A stretch of 64,000 bases of DNA, taken from Halocafeteria seosinensis (taxonomy: Eukaryota). The stretch lies in the NCBI GenBank assembly GCA_001687465.1, contig LVLI01000214.1, positions 62,001-126,000 on the forward strand, given 5' to 3'. A model generated the notes under the pieces. That model made no database searches, was not told where the DNA came from, and saw only the letters and a program-made list of their open reading frames with translations. A program made the translations under genes and the position numbers. Positions 25,501 through 39,700 of the stretch are shown piece by piece. Each line of letters begins with the position of its first letter. The first letter of the stretch is position 1.

Positions 25501-28500
25501 AACATTGGTTGTAAACGGCTACACAATTGCTAAGTCTTTCCGATACGAGCGGAATATGACCCTTTCTGTCATCGGTTTATCGCCTACAGCTATGAGCGTT
25601 GCCACCAGCGGTATCCTTCAATTCACCTTCGATAGTCTAGAGCCCGCCCGGGGCTCGACAGTAGCAGTCCGCGTGGGGAAGAGAGTTTGCCAGCAGCCGA
25701 CTGTTAACTATGTCTTGTCGACCATCCGCTGTGCGCTGCTGAAGGGGGATCCTGAAGCGTTTGAATCGGCTAACATGGCTCCTGTTGTGACGTTTGGATC
25801 GCTTGGTCGGGCAAATATGGACGATCACAAGATTAATGTTGCTTATGGCATCACACGGTTGTCTCAGAATAGAAGCTCCACAATCGGAGGACAAGTCCTG
25901 GTAATTTACGGGCAAGGTTTTGGAAGCGATTCGTCATCTGTTGAAGTTCGAATTAACCTGGCTACTACCATTGGAGATTGGGTGTCGTGCCCCGTATCGA
26001 CCCTCGAAAATCATGCTATATCCTGTAAGACCCCGGATATAGAACAGTTTTTAGGATTCAACTTCTCGTCTCTAGCCGCCACCGTTGAAGTACGACGCAA
26101 CCGACTCGTTGCACCGTGCGTCGATGATTCGTGTACCTTAAGATTCTTGTCGAGTTATACGCCTTCATGCGCATCTAAGCACATAACAAATGGGACGCTG
26201 TACTTAAGTGGGTCGCTACTGATGCCGGAGGACGTAAGCGTCTTTGTTGGTGAGGAGGAATGCGTCCTCGATGGCAGTGCTTCGAAAGACGATCATCTTG
26301 TGTGTAAGCTGCCCGCGAACCGGGAGGGCACTCACCTCATCCGCGTGCAGACCCCTTTTGGATATGCTCGCTGCGATCTAGAGGTCGACTACCATATCCA
26401 CTTTCACGGCCTCATGCCCAGCATGGGATCGTTATACGGGGGGCAGCTTGTTGAAATCCACGGATCTGGCTTTTCCTCCAATTCTAAGGACAACACCGTG
26501 CTTTTCAATGGCCGTGATGCTGGGATAGTATCCAGCAGTTTCGATAAACTTGTCGTTTTGACTCCCTCTGTTATCGAGGATCGTGATAGCCTCGTAGATG
26601 TTACAGTGCAGTTGGTTTCCAAGAAGAAAGGTAACGACGAGCACCCTGAACACCCTCATAAGCACCTCCGATCAATGACCTCTAGAGCAACTGCTACGCT
26701 AACAGGAGCATATCTGTATTCGGCCAACGTAAGTTACGCAGTTACAGAATTCTCTCCTAAGATTGGGTGGCACGGGGAATTGCTGCGATTGAACGGAACT
26801 TTCCCGAGCTCCCCACCCGTAGGGACTCAAATTGCTGTGGCAGACGTCAATTGTGAAATTATTGAGTGGACAAGAGGTCAAGTTGCATGTGTCCTAGGTG
26901 CGTCTCCGGCAGGTTCATTCAACGTAGAATTTTCCATTGGTGGCATTGGCAGAGTTCTTATACAAGGAACAATCAGTATCCCACTGTCAATTGACTCTCT
27001 CAGTGTAACATCTGGGAGTGTGGAAGGCGGCACTGTCGTCACAGTAAATGGACATGGTTTCCCAAATGTAGATATTCCCTCTCCAGTGACCCCAGCGAAC
27101 GGAAGCACTATAAGACCAGCCTGTCTTCGTCCTGTACCGCAGGTGGAAGTGTGCCGGAGGCCGTGCATGGTACAAAAAGTAATGGGAGACAAACTCACAT
27201 GCATAACTCCGCAAATGCCCATAAGGGAAGTATTTGTGGAGCTTAATCACTATGAAGCAGTCGTCATTAACTCTTCTGACACATTTGGGAGTCCTGGTGC
27301 AGCTTTAGCGTTCGATGATGATGTTTCAACTGACTTCGAGAGCAGTGCATCCGGATGTCACGCAGGAATTAACATAGGACCAGGGTTTGGTGCCCTCGTT
27401 ACTCGCGTAAGGTTTTATACTGTTTGGGGGAGGACGCAAGAGATGTTGGGAGGGGTCTTTGAAGGATTAGCCACCGGAGACAGCGGAGAGGAGTGGATCC
27501 CCTTAGTGCGTATCCAGTCCAGAGTCCACGAAGGGTGGAACTACGTGGATATCAATTCAACGCAACTTCCACTGTTTCAAAGTCTTCGATACCGCTCACC
27601 GGGAAGTAACAAGTGTCTGTTGAGTGAGATTGAATTCATTGGCCATGTGATGTCTCATACTGCGCTCTGCGACGTTGTCGTCGACATATCGTGTCAAGAG
27701 GCGAATAGTGTAAAGGCCAACCTCGAGGACGGTTTTGAATTCCGTATAAACGATACTCCTCTAGTTGAGCGTATTGCTCCAGATAACGGAACTTCCAGTG
27801 GAGATACGGAGATTATTATTTCAGGACGTGGTTTTGGATCAGAGAAGGGAAACGTTCTGGTAGAGTTGAACGGTGTTGTTTGTGAGGTGGAAGAGGTCAG
27901 CGATGAGGAAATCAAATGTAGAACGGGTGCACGAGATCAGGTGCGAGCGCCTTCGGTCAAGGTCCAGATATCTCCAAAAGGGGACGCTGCAGTCTTGAAT
28001 GGGCAGCAGTTCCGATATCTTGACCGCTGGTCAGAGTTTGCGACTTGGGGATTCGACAAATTCCCGGTGACTAACGATACGGTTCACATACCACTGGGGC
28101 AATCGGTTCTCTTGGATCAGTCAACGCCTGTACTGTGGCTACTATACATTGAAGGCGAGCTTATCTTCGCCAACATGGATTTGACACTAGATGCGCATTA
28201 CATTGCTATTGATGGAGGACGATTCGAAGTGGGTACCGAAGACCGGCCATTCTTGCACAAAGCTACGATTACCTTACACGGAGATAGATTCAAGTCTGTA
28301 GAGATTCCAGGTATTGGGGCAAAAGGACTTGTGGTTTTCAATCGAAATGGAATGAGTCACCATGGGGACGGCCATAATCACAAGCGTCACCAAAGAGGAT
28401 TCCTGGACCTCCACGGTATCCCGCGGCTCCGTTCTTGGACAAAACTGAGCTCGACGAGTCTCGCCGGTACGGATCTAATCAATTTGGCTGAAGACGTTGA

Positions 28501-31500
28501 TTTCACCACAGGGGAAACACTCGTAGTGACAAGTAGTGGGCATGACTTCAAACAGACAGAAGAAGTCATTGTGAGGGAAGTGTGTGGTCCCCGCTGCTTA
28601 AGGATTGAGGGATCCTTTAAGCATGATCATGGTAGTCGAGTATTTGAGGCCGGTGAATACGGTCATTCCGATGTTGACATGAGAGCAGAGGTAGCGCTAC
28701 TTCATCGGAACATCGTCGTCCAGGGTGATGATACGAGTGAGCAGCAGCAGTTCGGTGCGCACACTATGGCCGCTCATGGAGGTTTTTATCGAATTGAAAA
28801 TATAGAGCTACGGAATTGCGGACAAGCAGGAGTCTTGGGGCGGTATTGTACACACGCACATATGCCGGGGGATTTCGCTCATAGCTATGTGAAGAGTAAT
28901 TCAATCCATCATTCATTCCAGAGAGCAACGACGCTACACGCGGTGAACCATTTTACAGTCTCTCATAATTTTGCTTATAAATGTCATGGGCACACGATTT
29001 TCTTTGAAGACGGTGTCGAGAGTTTTAATGTTGTGGAAGAAAACCTTGTCGTCTGGACTCTTCCGCTTCCTAACGGAATAAATAGTGATGACAAGCCTGC
29101 TAATTTTTGGATGGCCTCCCCTACTAGTTTCCTTCGTCACAACGTTGCGGCGGGGTCATCGTCATTCGGGTTTTGGTATGAACTACCTGGAAGGCCACAT
29201 GGACCCTCGTCAGGAATGAATAGATGTCCTTCCTCCGAACACATCGGGGATTTTTTCAACAACACAGCACATTCAAGTAAAAGCCATGGCCTACGAATAT
29301 ATCCCTTCTATGGACCAAAAGTAAGTTGCACCAGCTCCGAGCCTGCACCCCAATACTTATACAACCTAACGAGCTATAGGAATGGAGGGAATGGTATATT
29401 CTGTAAAGATGTGGGTGATGTGCATCACGTTAACTACAAGGAAGTAGAGAACAAACAGGATGGACTGCACTGGGTAAAGCTGCCAGGACTGCACTTTCGC
29501 AAAGACAAGCCGTTCGTTGACAACTGGCTTTTAGTGGGTACTATTCCCGAGAGTGGGAATGTGAAGCATGCACGTGCAATGACCACTCCTGGATCAGAGT
29601 TTTTCCATGTTCGCGGAGCCACCATTCTTAATTATAACGGAAATGGGGCCATTGCTGGCTGCACGGAATGCTGGAAAGCTCCATTAAGGCGCGGTGGCTA
29701 TACGGTTCGCTTCGAAGGAATACGTTTTGTAAACACTGAAAAATATGTGGAGTGGACGAATCCATGGAAACAGATATTTTTTGACATAGACGGTACTTTA
29801 ACTGGGCATATCAATGGTACGGTTACCCCATACCTAAAGTTTAATGAAAATCCGAACTGTTATCGTGATGTCACTGGGGTCTTTGACCAAGGAACGGTTT
29901 GCAACGGAAAGGTGCGGGTGAGAAGTCTACAAGTTGACGGAGAATCGCCTCGGGAATTGGATTGGAGATCTATTCAGCTTCGTCATTTAGACAACAAAAC
30001 ATATTTTGATGACGTTCAGTACAGGAGAGCAGAGGACTTAATTGGGTGGGTCATTCCCGTTGTTCACGGCACCTGGCTAGAGATGTACTTCAAGGACACG
30101 TTGATTGACTGGCGGTCTCTCCAGCTACGCCTCAGCGAGCCTGAATACATACAGGAAGATGCTTGGATGAACGAATGGATGGGCCTCAAATTAAATTGGA
30201 CGGACTTTCGTTGGCGGAATAAGGTCACTTACGCGCCTGCAAGTATTCGTAAAGAAATTCCAGCTCTTGAGGATCCTGGTGGTCCGGATCGCCGTCCTGT
30301 GCCGGAAGACAGAATTGGCACCGGATGGATAGAGAGAAGGAATGAGGAGGGGTGGAGAAATAACACCTGGATGGTAATGATTAACAACGTTAACGCCACA
30401 GCTACAAACAGACTGGATACCCATCGTATCTTTGTTGACAGCATCCAATGTCCACCTTGGGGATGCAAGATTCCAGATAGAGGAGATTTTGGTGGAAGAA
30501 TCTACTTATGGAGTGAAGAGGAGACGTGGGGCTCCCGCGGAGTCCCTCAGGAAGGAGAAAACGTCGTGATACCCGCCACAAAACATATCCGTGTCGACGT
30601 CGAAACTGCGCTAGTGGCTCAGGTTTCAGTTGAGGGAAAACTGAGTTTCTCCAATGGGGGTATTCTAAACGCGAAGACAATGGTAGTATGGAATCAATTG
30701 GAAATGGGCACTTTGGATGTGCCATTCGTAGGTAGTGCTTCAATTCGCATGCATGGAGTACGGGAAGATGACGCGCTTATTGTAGATAATAGTCTCTTCC
30801 TGGGGAATAAAGTGATTGCAGTACTTGGCAGTGTCAGTGTGGTTGGGCAGCCGAAAACGTCTTGGATGAAGCTGCAGAGTACGGCCACGGCTCATACTCG
30901 CACTTTGAAGCTCGCCAATGTGCCGGATCGTTGGAAAGTTGGCGATCGACTCGTCGTTTCCACCACTGAGTATGACGTAAACGAGACGGAAACGTGCGTG
31001 ATATCCGAAATCGAAGGTCAGGTTATTACGTTGGAATCACCATTGCGGTTCTCCCACTACGCTGGAACACAGAAGTTTGGAGGGAAAAGCATCAAACTGG
31101 CGGCTGCTGTTGGAAACTTAGATAGATCAGTTAGCATAGAAGGAGTGATTGCCCCTGAAGATCAAGGAAGTGGTATACGAGGAAGAGACAACTATGGTGT
31201 CCATTTGGTAGTTTCTGAAATATTCCGGGAGGCAGATTCTGACGATCCAACACATCGCATTGGACATGTTACTATCCAAGATGCCCAACTAGAGGCATGT
31301 GGGAAACAAGAGATGGAACATGGTTGCTTCCTCTTCCGATACACTCACTCATCAACATTAGTCAACCGAAATTTGGTTAGAAACAGTGTGTTTGCGAATT
31401 CCTTAAACTACGGAGTTGTCGCAGAGGGTAAAGGAGCCGGTGAGCTAACCCTCATTAGCAACGTGTTCCACTCTACTTTCAGAACAGCTATTGACTTTCC

Positions 31501-33886
31501 GGATAGGGATTCTCGAGGAGCTGTTGTTCGCGGTAATTTAATTGCTGGTGTCTTCAGATCCCCAGATCAAACGAGGGAATATATCCAGCCTCGCTCAGGT
31601 ATATTCATGCTCGCAGAACCGGAGGAGCTGAGTGGCAATGTAGTTGCTGGTTCCACAGACACAGGTATTACGGTTTCACCACAGCATTGCACAGAGAGTC
31701 GAATTTTTGACAATGAGATCGTTTCAAGTAAAGTGGGGATGTTCTTACTTCCTGTTCCAGGAGAATGTCGAGTAGTAAAAGATCTCGTAGTCTGGAAGAT
31801 TGCGCATATTGGCTTATTGTCTGTTGATCAGAAATGTAATATGCTTGTTACCGATGCAACTATCGCGGACTCTCATATAGGAATTTCCCTCAACTTCATA
31901 CGAGGAGCTAGTAGAAGCTACTCCAATATTACGAATTCTATCATAGCTGGATCAACAGGAGCCTCAAGTTGCCAATCTAGTTTGGCTTGCCAAGCGATGG
32001 CAGAAAATGACCTGGAGGGCAATACTTGCCAATCGGTTTTCGGTGCCACCTATAGACGTGTTGGCCTTGTCGCATCACAGTATACTGACAAGGGAAAGCT
32101 TTGTGGTACCACCCTGGATGACTGCAACCCCTATACACTGCCAGAGCGGCTCTGCAGCATGCCTTGGGAACTGAGGTACGGAGTTAGTCACTCAAAGCAT
32201 GCGCATATGTTCATCACTGATGTAATCTTCGCGAATTTCAAAGAAGACGATTGCGGAATGAAGAATGTAGCAGTATCCAATAACCCTAGCCAGCCAGATT
32301 TTACTCCTCCAATGGACTTCCAAAGAATTTCATGGATCGATGTTGATCACTCCGCCAAATTTGCAATTCTGAAGAATGACTGTATTGATGAAAAGTGTGA
32401 CGGTTTCGATTACGTTTTGTTCAAAGACGTTGATGGAACAATGCACGGTAGTCCCCTAGGAACGCTGATGTCCAATAACCCTATGCTAGCACTGCCTTCT
32501 CCTGGTTGTGAATCAGAATTCGCGTACAACGCATTTTGGTGTCCCTCCCTTAACTTAAGAAGTGCGATTTACTTTCCGACCAACCCCGGGAACGGAGTTT
32601 TGGGGCCTCTCTTAGCAGCGTACCAGAACGACATAAATTTTGCAGAGCCGGGGGATAACGATAGAGTCTACTCTTCTAGAGGTAGTTTGAAAGACCCTTG
32701 TGCTATCGTACCCGGTAAGGAACGATTCCCCTTCGCCATGAAGCCCGGAGAGGACCACCACATCATGCTTTCCGGGACCCAAACGTCACGAATGAGGTTG
32801 ATCCTTGATTCTCTCGACCCAGAAGAGCAATTTTTGATCAGTATGTTTCTCCAGCGTCCCAATGCTGTTGACGTCTTCGTAAATGGAAAAAGAAAACGGC
32901 CACAGAAGGAAAAACCAGAGCTTGGTGACCCTTCAGGAACTAACGTCTTCAACCCTCAATTGAGGTACATATTCATCGCAGTTCAAGGACACCCTTCGGT
33001 ACTTGAGCTTGATATAATTCGGACAACAAATATTCAACTGAATCTCGACTTGGCAATTACTGCCAAAGAGTTCTGGGAAGGAGACGGGCAACGGGCACTC
33101 ATAAGGAACTTGGCAAAGTTACTAAGTATTTCTGAGTCCAGAATCAGAGTAGTAGATCGAGTGGATAACATCTTTGATGATTTGAGATTTCGCATGTTGG
33201 AAGAACTATTGAAAATATCAGTGTGGATTGAACCGGAAGATGAAGTGGTATTGGATCTTGGCAACAACGCATCGAATGACACAGTTCCGACTCCAGTGGA
33301 AGATAACTATGAGTCAGTGCTACAACAACAAGAAGACCTATCGAAGAAGGTTGTATCATTGGCTAATAGCGGGAAGCTAAAAGAGACTCTCCCAGAGGTG
33401 GTTTCTGGCGAAATGATTGCACCCACGACGGATGAATCTGCTGAGCAGCCAGAACCCACTGACTTGAATTTCAAAACTAATGATGATCCTTCCCTTCCCT
33501 TAGTCGTCATTATTCCCATTGCAGCCGCAGCTTTTGTTGCTGTTGCAGCTCTTGGTGTTATCTTGATTCATAAGAAACGTCAGAATCGGAGGGCCTCTAA
33601 TAGAGACAGTAGGAATCTAAGGAATTTGAGAAACTCCAAACGGTTTTCGTCGATCCGAGACCTTCAGGAAGACACGGACCATCATTATGACAACCCGATC
33701 AAACGCCGGAGCTTGTTAGATCTGGAAAACAAGGCACAGGCACGGAGTGATGGGAAGTACCTAAACAGCGGCATAGCACAAATCAACCCTCACCGTATAT
33801 CTGTGGCGCCACAGAGGGTTCGACGTTACACTGGAAGGTCATCAATGACCCAGGGCAATGGTCATAAACAGTCAGATACTCAATAG
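22572..33886 (+). CDS. Fibrocystin-L (PKHD1L1)-like type I membrane protein, about 3700 aa
   Basis: Signal peptide, multiple IPT/TIG repeats (SPSRGSVAGGSVVNITGTGF), PA14 (GLFCPPFSGYYTW...DD), two G8 domains, beta-helix repeats (GQAGVLGRY), one TM helix near the C-terminus. Introns only at about 22689-22752 and 23131-23194. Confidence 0.88.
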
Positions 33887-34221
33887 AATACGGATCAAAT
33901 TATTCCAAGTGTATCAATTTTGGGTTCAATCGTTTACGTTCCATGAGAATGTGACACGGTGTGCTAGTTCCTGTACGTCATAAACCCGAGGGGATGCGCA
34001 GTATCGTGATTTTCTCCGGGAGTCGCCGGCCCAAAGCGTTAGAGCTTCAGGCATGTGCCAGAGCTCCTCCTAACCTTTGTTCGTCTATTGTTGTACAACA
34101 ATTGCACAATAAGATTGGTATAAAGTGCTCCTCGGCAATCACTCAAGTTCAAGCTGTTGTCAAACATCCCTTATCGTAAATGTGGTATCGCCTAAGGGGG
34201 CCTCAATTAATTCCCTGCAAT

Positions 34222-36023
34222 CTAGGACTCCCTATCAATAGACATACCGTCCTTGCTCTTCGCCCAATTCATATATTGTTGATGCCAGATGTGCCACAAA
34301 GATTCATCGCGGTAACGGCGAGGCCATTTCATTTTTCTCTCCTTAGCTGCCCTCCAATAATGCGAGTAAAAAGCATTATCTTCACCTCCCCAAGTGGTCT
34401 TGTTGATCGCCGATCCACTGCAAAACGTACGACCACCTGTTATGAACAGAGAACGGGATGGTCTGTATCGGAACTTACAAGAAACCCACGTTATTGTCAA
34501 TCAAGAAAAACCATGTCATTCCGAAACCTCCAGAGCGGACCCAACTGTTAACAGGCTGAAGGAGTGTCTGATCCAAATGCTTTTGCATCAACTGCTCAGC
34601 GTCTTTAATCTTGCTCGTTGTTCCCATTACTATGGGAAAAGCCACTTGGACTCCTGCATATTGACCGAGACTAAGAGTCTTCGAAAACACTGATACAACG
34701 TTTAACACATATTACCGCTTATTGTTTCGTTTAGCCCACGGTCAATGAAAGAGAAATCTGTTGCAACCATATCTGCGTCGAGATGGAAAACTAGACTCCG
34801 TCCTGCGGGAGTGGGAATATACCTCAAGGCGGAATTGTACGTCTGTCAAGGGGGAAAACCAAGTGAAGGTATAGTTCGTTGTTTGCTCACGGCTGTAAGC
34901 GTACGTACTTGCGTCCTCGTCCACAGTGATGTGGTTGGAGACCTCGACAATAAGCGAACCCGATCTCTCCAGACGGAATCCAACTTCTGTGCTAGTGGTA
35001 TATTGGGATCAGTATCATAGTCGCTCACATACACACATAAACAGTGATACCAAGGAGGCGGCTCGTTACAACGTAAAGTGGCGTTCCGTATGGAAGACAC
35101 GAATTGTACTAATTTGCCGACTCGATTCCGATGCGCAACCAAGAGATAGATGAAGGGGTAACGCTCCTGTGGGCACTTCCTCATGTCACAATAGGGATAC
35201 TGTAAGGCCAATCCCTTCTGTGAGAAAATAGGATCGTATAGCTCCTCGTTGTACGTCACGTTCTCGAGCCTGAAGGACCTTTGTACCAGAGCCTCAGTTG
35301 CATCGGTCCTAGGAGTGTTCTTATCCATGTTACCCGAAGAAGCGTGCACGTTCTTGGAACAATGGCTATGGTATAGTTTCTTGAGTTGCTCTTTAAATTC
35401 GTTGCTACCCCATAAGAAGTTGTCGTTCTTCCGCCTGTATGATTCCAAACGCACTTCTGCCGGCGGTGGAATGTCCCCAGATATAGCATTCGGCGGCAAC
35501 CGCAAACGAACTGCGTCCATCTCTAGTGCAGCCGTATGCATATCAGCTAGGTCCTGTTTATTAAAATTTGCTCTCGTAACCAAAACTCGAGCGGGTTGCA
35601 TCATCTTTTCATAGGCAGCCTTTTCCTCTGGAGGAAAATTGTAAGTCTTCAAGTTGGATCCGCTTCTGCTTTCCACGTGTATGCCACTCTGAGTGGTTCC
35701 TGCAATTCAATATGCAGAATATTATGGCCGGCATTTCAGTGCAAGAGGATACCCGCGAGTCTGTTCCACTCACGTTCTACTCCACCTACTCGACCGTGAC
35801 CGGTGCCAACAGAGCTCTGACCCAATGGTACATGCGCCACAAACACTTCGAGTGGGCTTCTCGTTTCTCTAAAGACAACGAATGGCGTCGCAATGATCAA
35901 AATAGCGATCACTATGGCAAACATAAATAGAGCTTTTACCCCTTTTACAAGTCTAGATCGAGTTCTCGTGTAGTGGGGAGATGATGTATGCTTCGGCAAG
36001 TGGCCACTCTCTTTTGTACCCAT
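34222..36023 (-). CDS. Type II membrane glycosyltransferase, GT7-like (chondroitin/beta-1,4-GalNAc transferase family)
   Basis: N-terminal TM anchor; spliced VFHLDADM (DxD), VAFPIV, GFGMT, WGGED and LWHIWH. Four GT-AG introns restore the frame. Confidence 0.75.
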
Positions 36024-36771
36024 CACTGTTCTTTAATCCGTTGCTATTATCTGTCTCGACACAATGTTTACAATGGGTATGTTGCTGGTGTCTAAATTTA
36101 CAAACGATGCATGATAGTACTATGTATCCTTGCCTGTGAAGAGCATCACTGCTGCATCAGTCTGTCACAATCGCAGTGGACATCAACAAGTTGTAAAACT
36201 TCCTTCTAGTTCCCATGTATGAATTGAAGCTCTGTAATATATCGGCACATTCGTTACATGAGTAGAGTACTACGACGATTGTTCCATTGGTAATGGCAGT
36301 AATAATTAAATGAGCAAATACCTAAGTTCGACTACTGCTAAATTCCAAATCAGCAAATTCTCTAACAGTGTGTATGCTTTCCCTTTCTGAGCAGATTTCT
36401 TGATTCCGAGTTTCAAGTATAATGTAGATAGGCTTATGCTTCGATTCCCTTGACTGACGCATTTTTTTGTATGCTGTGTTGTAGCACTTTGCCAGCACTG
36501 TCAAGTGCACCGACGCAACAATCATTTCGCCTCCCTTTTTAAAGTGGCTTGAAGCGAAGAAGAACTGCGGAAGAATAGAGCGTGGTATTCAGTGTATCAT
36601 GTGGCTTGTTGGCAGGAACTCCTTGTGTGTAAGAAAGACACTGGCTTTTCTTTTTCTGAGCTCCCAGCTCTTGCCGTTCAATCAAGGGGGTGGGATACAA
36701 CTGGAGAGGAAACACGCGCCAATTGGGGGGAGGAAGCCGCCNTCCGTATAGCAAGCTGGGCATAACATACA

Positions 36772-39700
36772 ATGGACAAAAGGAAGGATGAGTATCTTCC
36801 TCGCCAGCAGGAGGAGGAAAGAGTTGATATCTCAGCTGGCGCCAATCAAAACGGCGCTAATAAGCGGCGCAACAGACATCACACAGAAAATAAACGAGAC
36901 GGAAAGCAGGGCCTTTTTTTCACCGAGAGCGACAGCCGAAGAGATACTGAAATTTATGAGACGGGCGATGATAGTGACGAGGACTTTGAAAAGTACGAAA
37001 AACCGAGAGACAATGTCAAATGGTGGCTCAACAGGATTGGTAAACTTCTCACGTGGAAGAAATTCCGAACGAAATCAGATGTGCGCAGGAAGAAAGCCCT
37101 AAAAAGAGCAGCGTCAATTTCAAACGACGTACGAGAGGATGGTAAAATAAGTCTGTGGCGCTTGTTCATGTTTAAGGACCCTATTTTGGAAGATGTATGT
37201 GAAGAATCTGTGCTGGCAGCACTGCAGTCTCGTTGATTTGTGTGTTTCCATGTTGTGGCTGCAGATCTATCAGGTGCACTACCGAGGAGAACAAGGGGCT
37301 AGTAAAATATGGATTGGATTATATTGTTTGTTCCTATTTGGATTTACCTATCTCTTCTTCTTCGAAAATGTTGACGACGGAGCGTCACAAGAAATTATCA
37401 TGTCGATATGGGTTCTCCGCGTGACCTTCCTCATTGCAATTATCGCGACTTTCTACATAACACGCAGCAAAGATGGTTGCAAGAAAGGCGACAAATGTAT
37501 GCCGAAAACTTACCACTGGCTTCGAGCATGTGCCTCCACTATTTTGGGCTTTTTCATAATATGGCGATGTGTACTGGAACCCAACGATACAGTATATTTT
37601 AGATTAGTGGGAATTTGGAGTATAGGATGGCAAGCGGTCGTTTTTATGTATGCATCGCTGCACTTTTTTGAGTTTTTGTTCTTTAATTTGCTTTATTCGC
37701 TTTATTATCTTGCTGTACATCATTTTATTCGGCATATGGGTCCGGATACTCCTCAGTTGTGGATGGTAGGTGCTTGATCCTCGGAGATGTCATGTTTATT
37801 TGGATGATTTGTTCTACATTGTCTATTGCAGGGAACGGTCTTTGTGTTCTTTTTTTTCATTACGCTGCTTAGCGAAGTCAATGACCGTTTGGGCTTCATT
37901 GAAGGCGTCAGAGTATATCAGCAAATTGCAGAAAATGAACAACAACGTTTACGGGCTGAAGCGGAAGAACAAAAAGCGGTACAGGCTGTCAATGATAAGC
38001 GGCAATTTATTAGTTACATGTAGGTTCTTGAACTCATTTGTCTGCGAGTAGCTACCCTTATAACCTGTACGATCTGTTGTGCAGTTTCCACGAGTTGAGA
38101 GTTCCACTTAGTGCCGTGAGAATGGGTATAGATGCGGCTGTGTTTATCCTACAAGGTTTGAGAGATCGAGCTGAAAAGGCGCCTAAAAATGAGCATGGTT
38201 CATCAGGTATGTTTACTTCACAATTGATAGCTATTAAGGTTCAACTATCACGACTACTATTGCAGAAAAGGGCGGATCCAAATGGACAGGAAGATTGACA
38301 GTGAATACCAACATGGATCGGTTCGGTCGCCAATCGAATGCCCCGCGGTTTGCCGCGTTACTTGCTTCCGAAAGCAAAGGGGATGAACATTTACGTCTAA
38401 ACGCCGATGTCAATGACCCGCAATCTTGTATCATTCCTGGACGAGGAATGGTTGTGTCGTTTGATGATTTGGAGAACTTGGATGAAACGTTGGACACGAT
38501 GAAGAATAGTATGGAACAAGCCATGCGGATCTTAGATGATGTTCTTTCAATTAACAAGGTGCGATTAATGGCCATGTTGTACTGCTTTTCGCGAAACGAT
38601 ATACAGGAGTCGGTTCAATACATGCAGGTTGAGGCTGGAAAGTTTAAGCTCTTCCCCGGCTATTTTAGAATATCAACACTCGTTGATGAAGAATTCACAA
38701 AGCATTCAAATGTTGCCGATGGCTGCGGGATCAGTATGCAAAAAGACGTTGAAGACCGTGATGAGTTCAGTATGCTAGTTATTGGAGACTACGTCCGGCT
38801 CTGTCAAGTGTTTGACAACTTTTTGAGGTAAGATAGTCCATCACGGGTATGCAATACGGGAGCTGTTTTAACCATTTACAACTCGCATATGCAGCAATGC
38901 ATTAAAGTTTACGAATAAGGGTGGAACAGTAATTGCTGGAGCTACTCTTTTGGATAAGTATGAACTGCCTACTAAAACGTTGGAGAAAAAAGTGTCCATC
39001 GGCCCTGAACTAGCCCCAGCACCGGGCAAACGAACAAGTTTGGGTGAAGCAATTCATAGAGATACTCAGGCGACGGGAGGCACCACGTCTAGACGCCAAC
39101 TACCTTCACAGATGGGGTTTCAGTCTCGGATGGCTTGGAAAATTAATCAGTTACTAGAGGGGAATAGCATTCCGGACGATGGTGATACGGATAGCGCGGA
39201 TCCGCTGGAAAACTATGGGGCAGATGAAGCCACAGCGTTTGAATTTTACGACAGCATAGAATCTGTTGATGACAACCCTGAAGGACCCTCAAATGACGGA
39301 TTTGTTGTGCATTCTCCCGAAAGGAGAGCACCTCTGGATACTATGGATACTAGTGAATGCTTGGTCGGGGATGAAGAAAGGGAGAGTAAGCAACAGAACC
39401 CTGTGCTTCGACGTTCATCAAGCTCGTCAGATTCTCAGGGAAGTTGGGAAAATGAAGATACTGAGTCACCTGTAAGAATGGGTAAAATTGTGCTATACGT
39501 CCGTCTATGGGTGAAGGACACAGGATGCGGCCTCAGCGAAGACGACCGAAAGCTTGTGTTCAATGCCTACCAGCAAACAGGAGCGGGCACAAAAAAGGAG
39601 CATTCCACAGGATTGGGACTCAGTATAGCGCAGCACATCACTCGGTTGCATGGGGGCACTATAGGGGTGCACTCGGAGGGAGTTGATAAGGGATCCACTT

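Noticed and set aside
36742..36742. Ambiguous base N (another at 39951)
   Set aside because: Assembly ambiguity, not biology; relevant only as a caution on base quality.
37195..37264. Apparent frameshifts and stops fragmenting the kinase, GT7, chitin synthase, SHMT and pelota genes
   Set aside because: All are resolved by canonical short GT-AG introns, so these are not pseudogenes.
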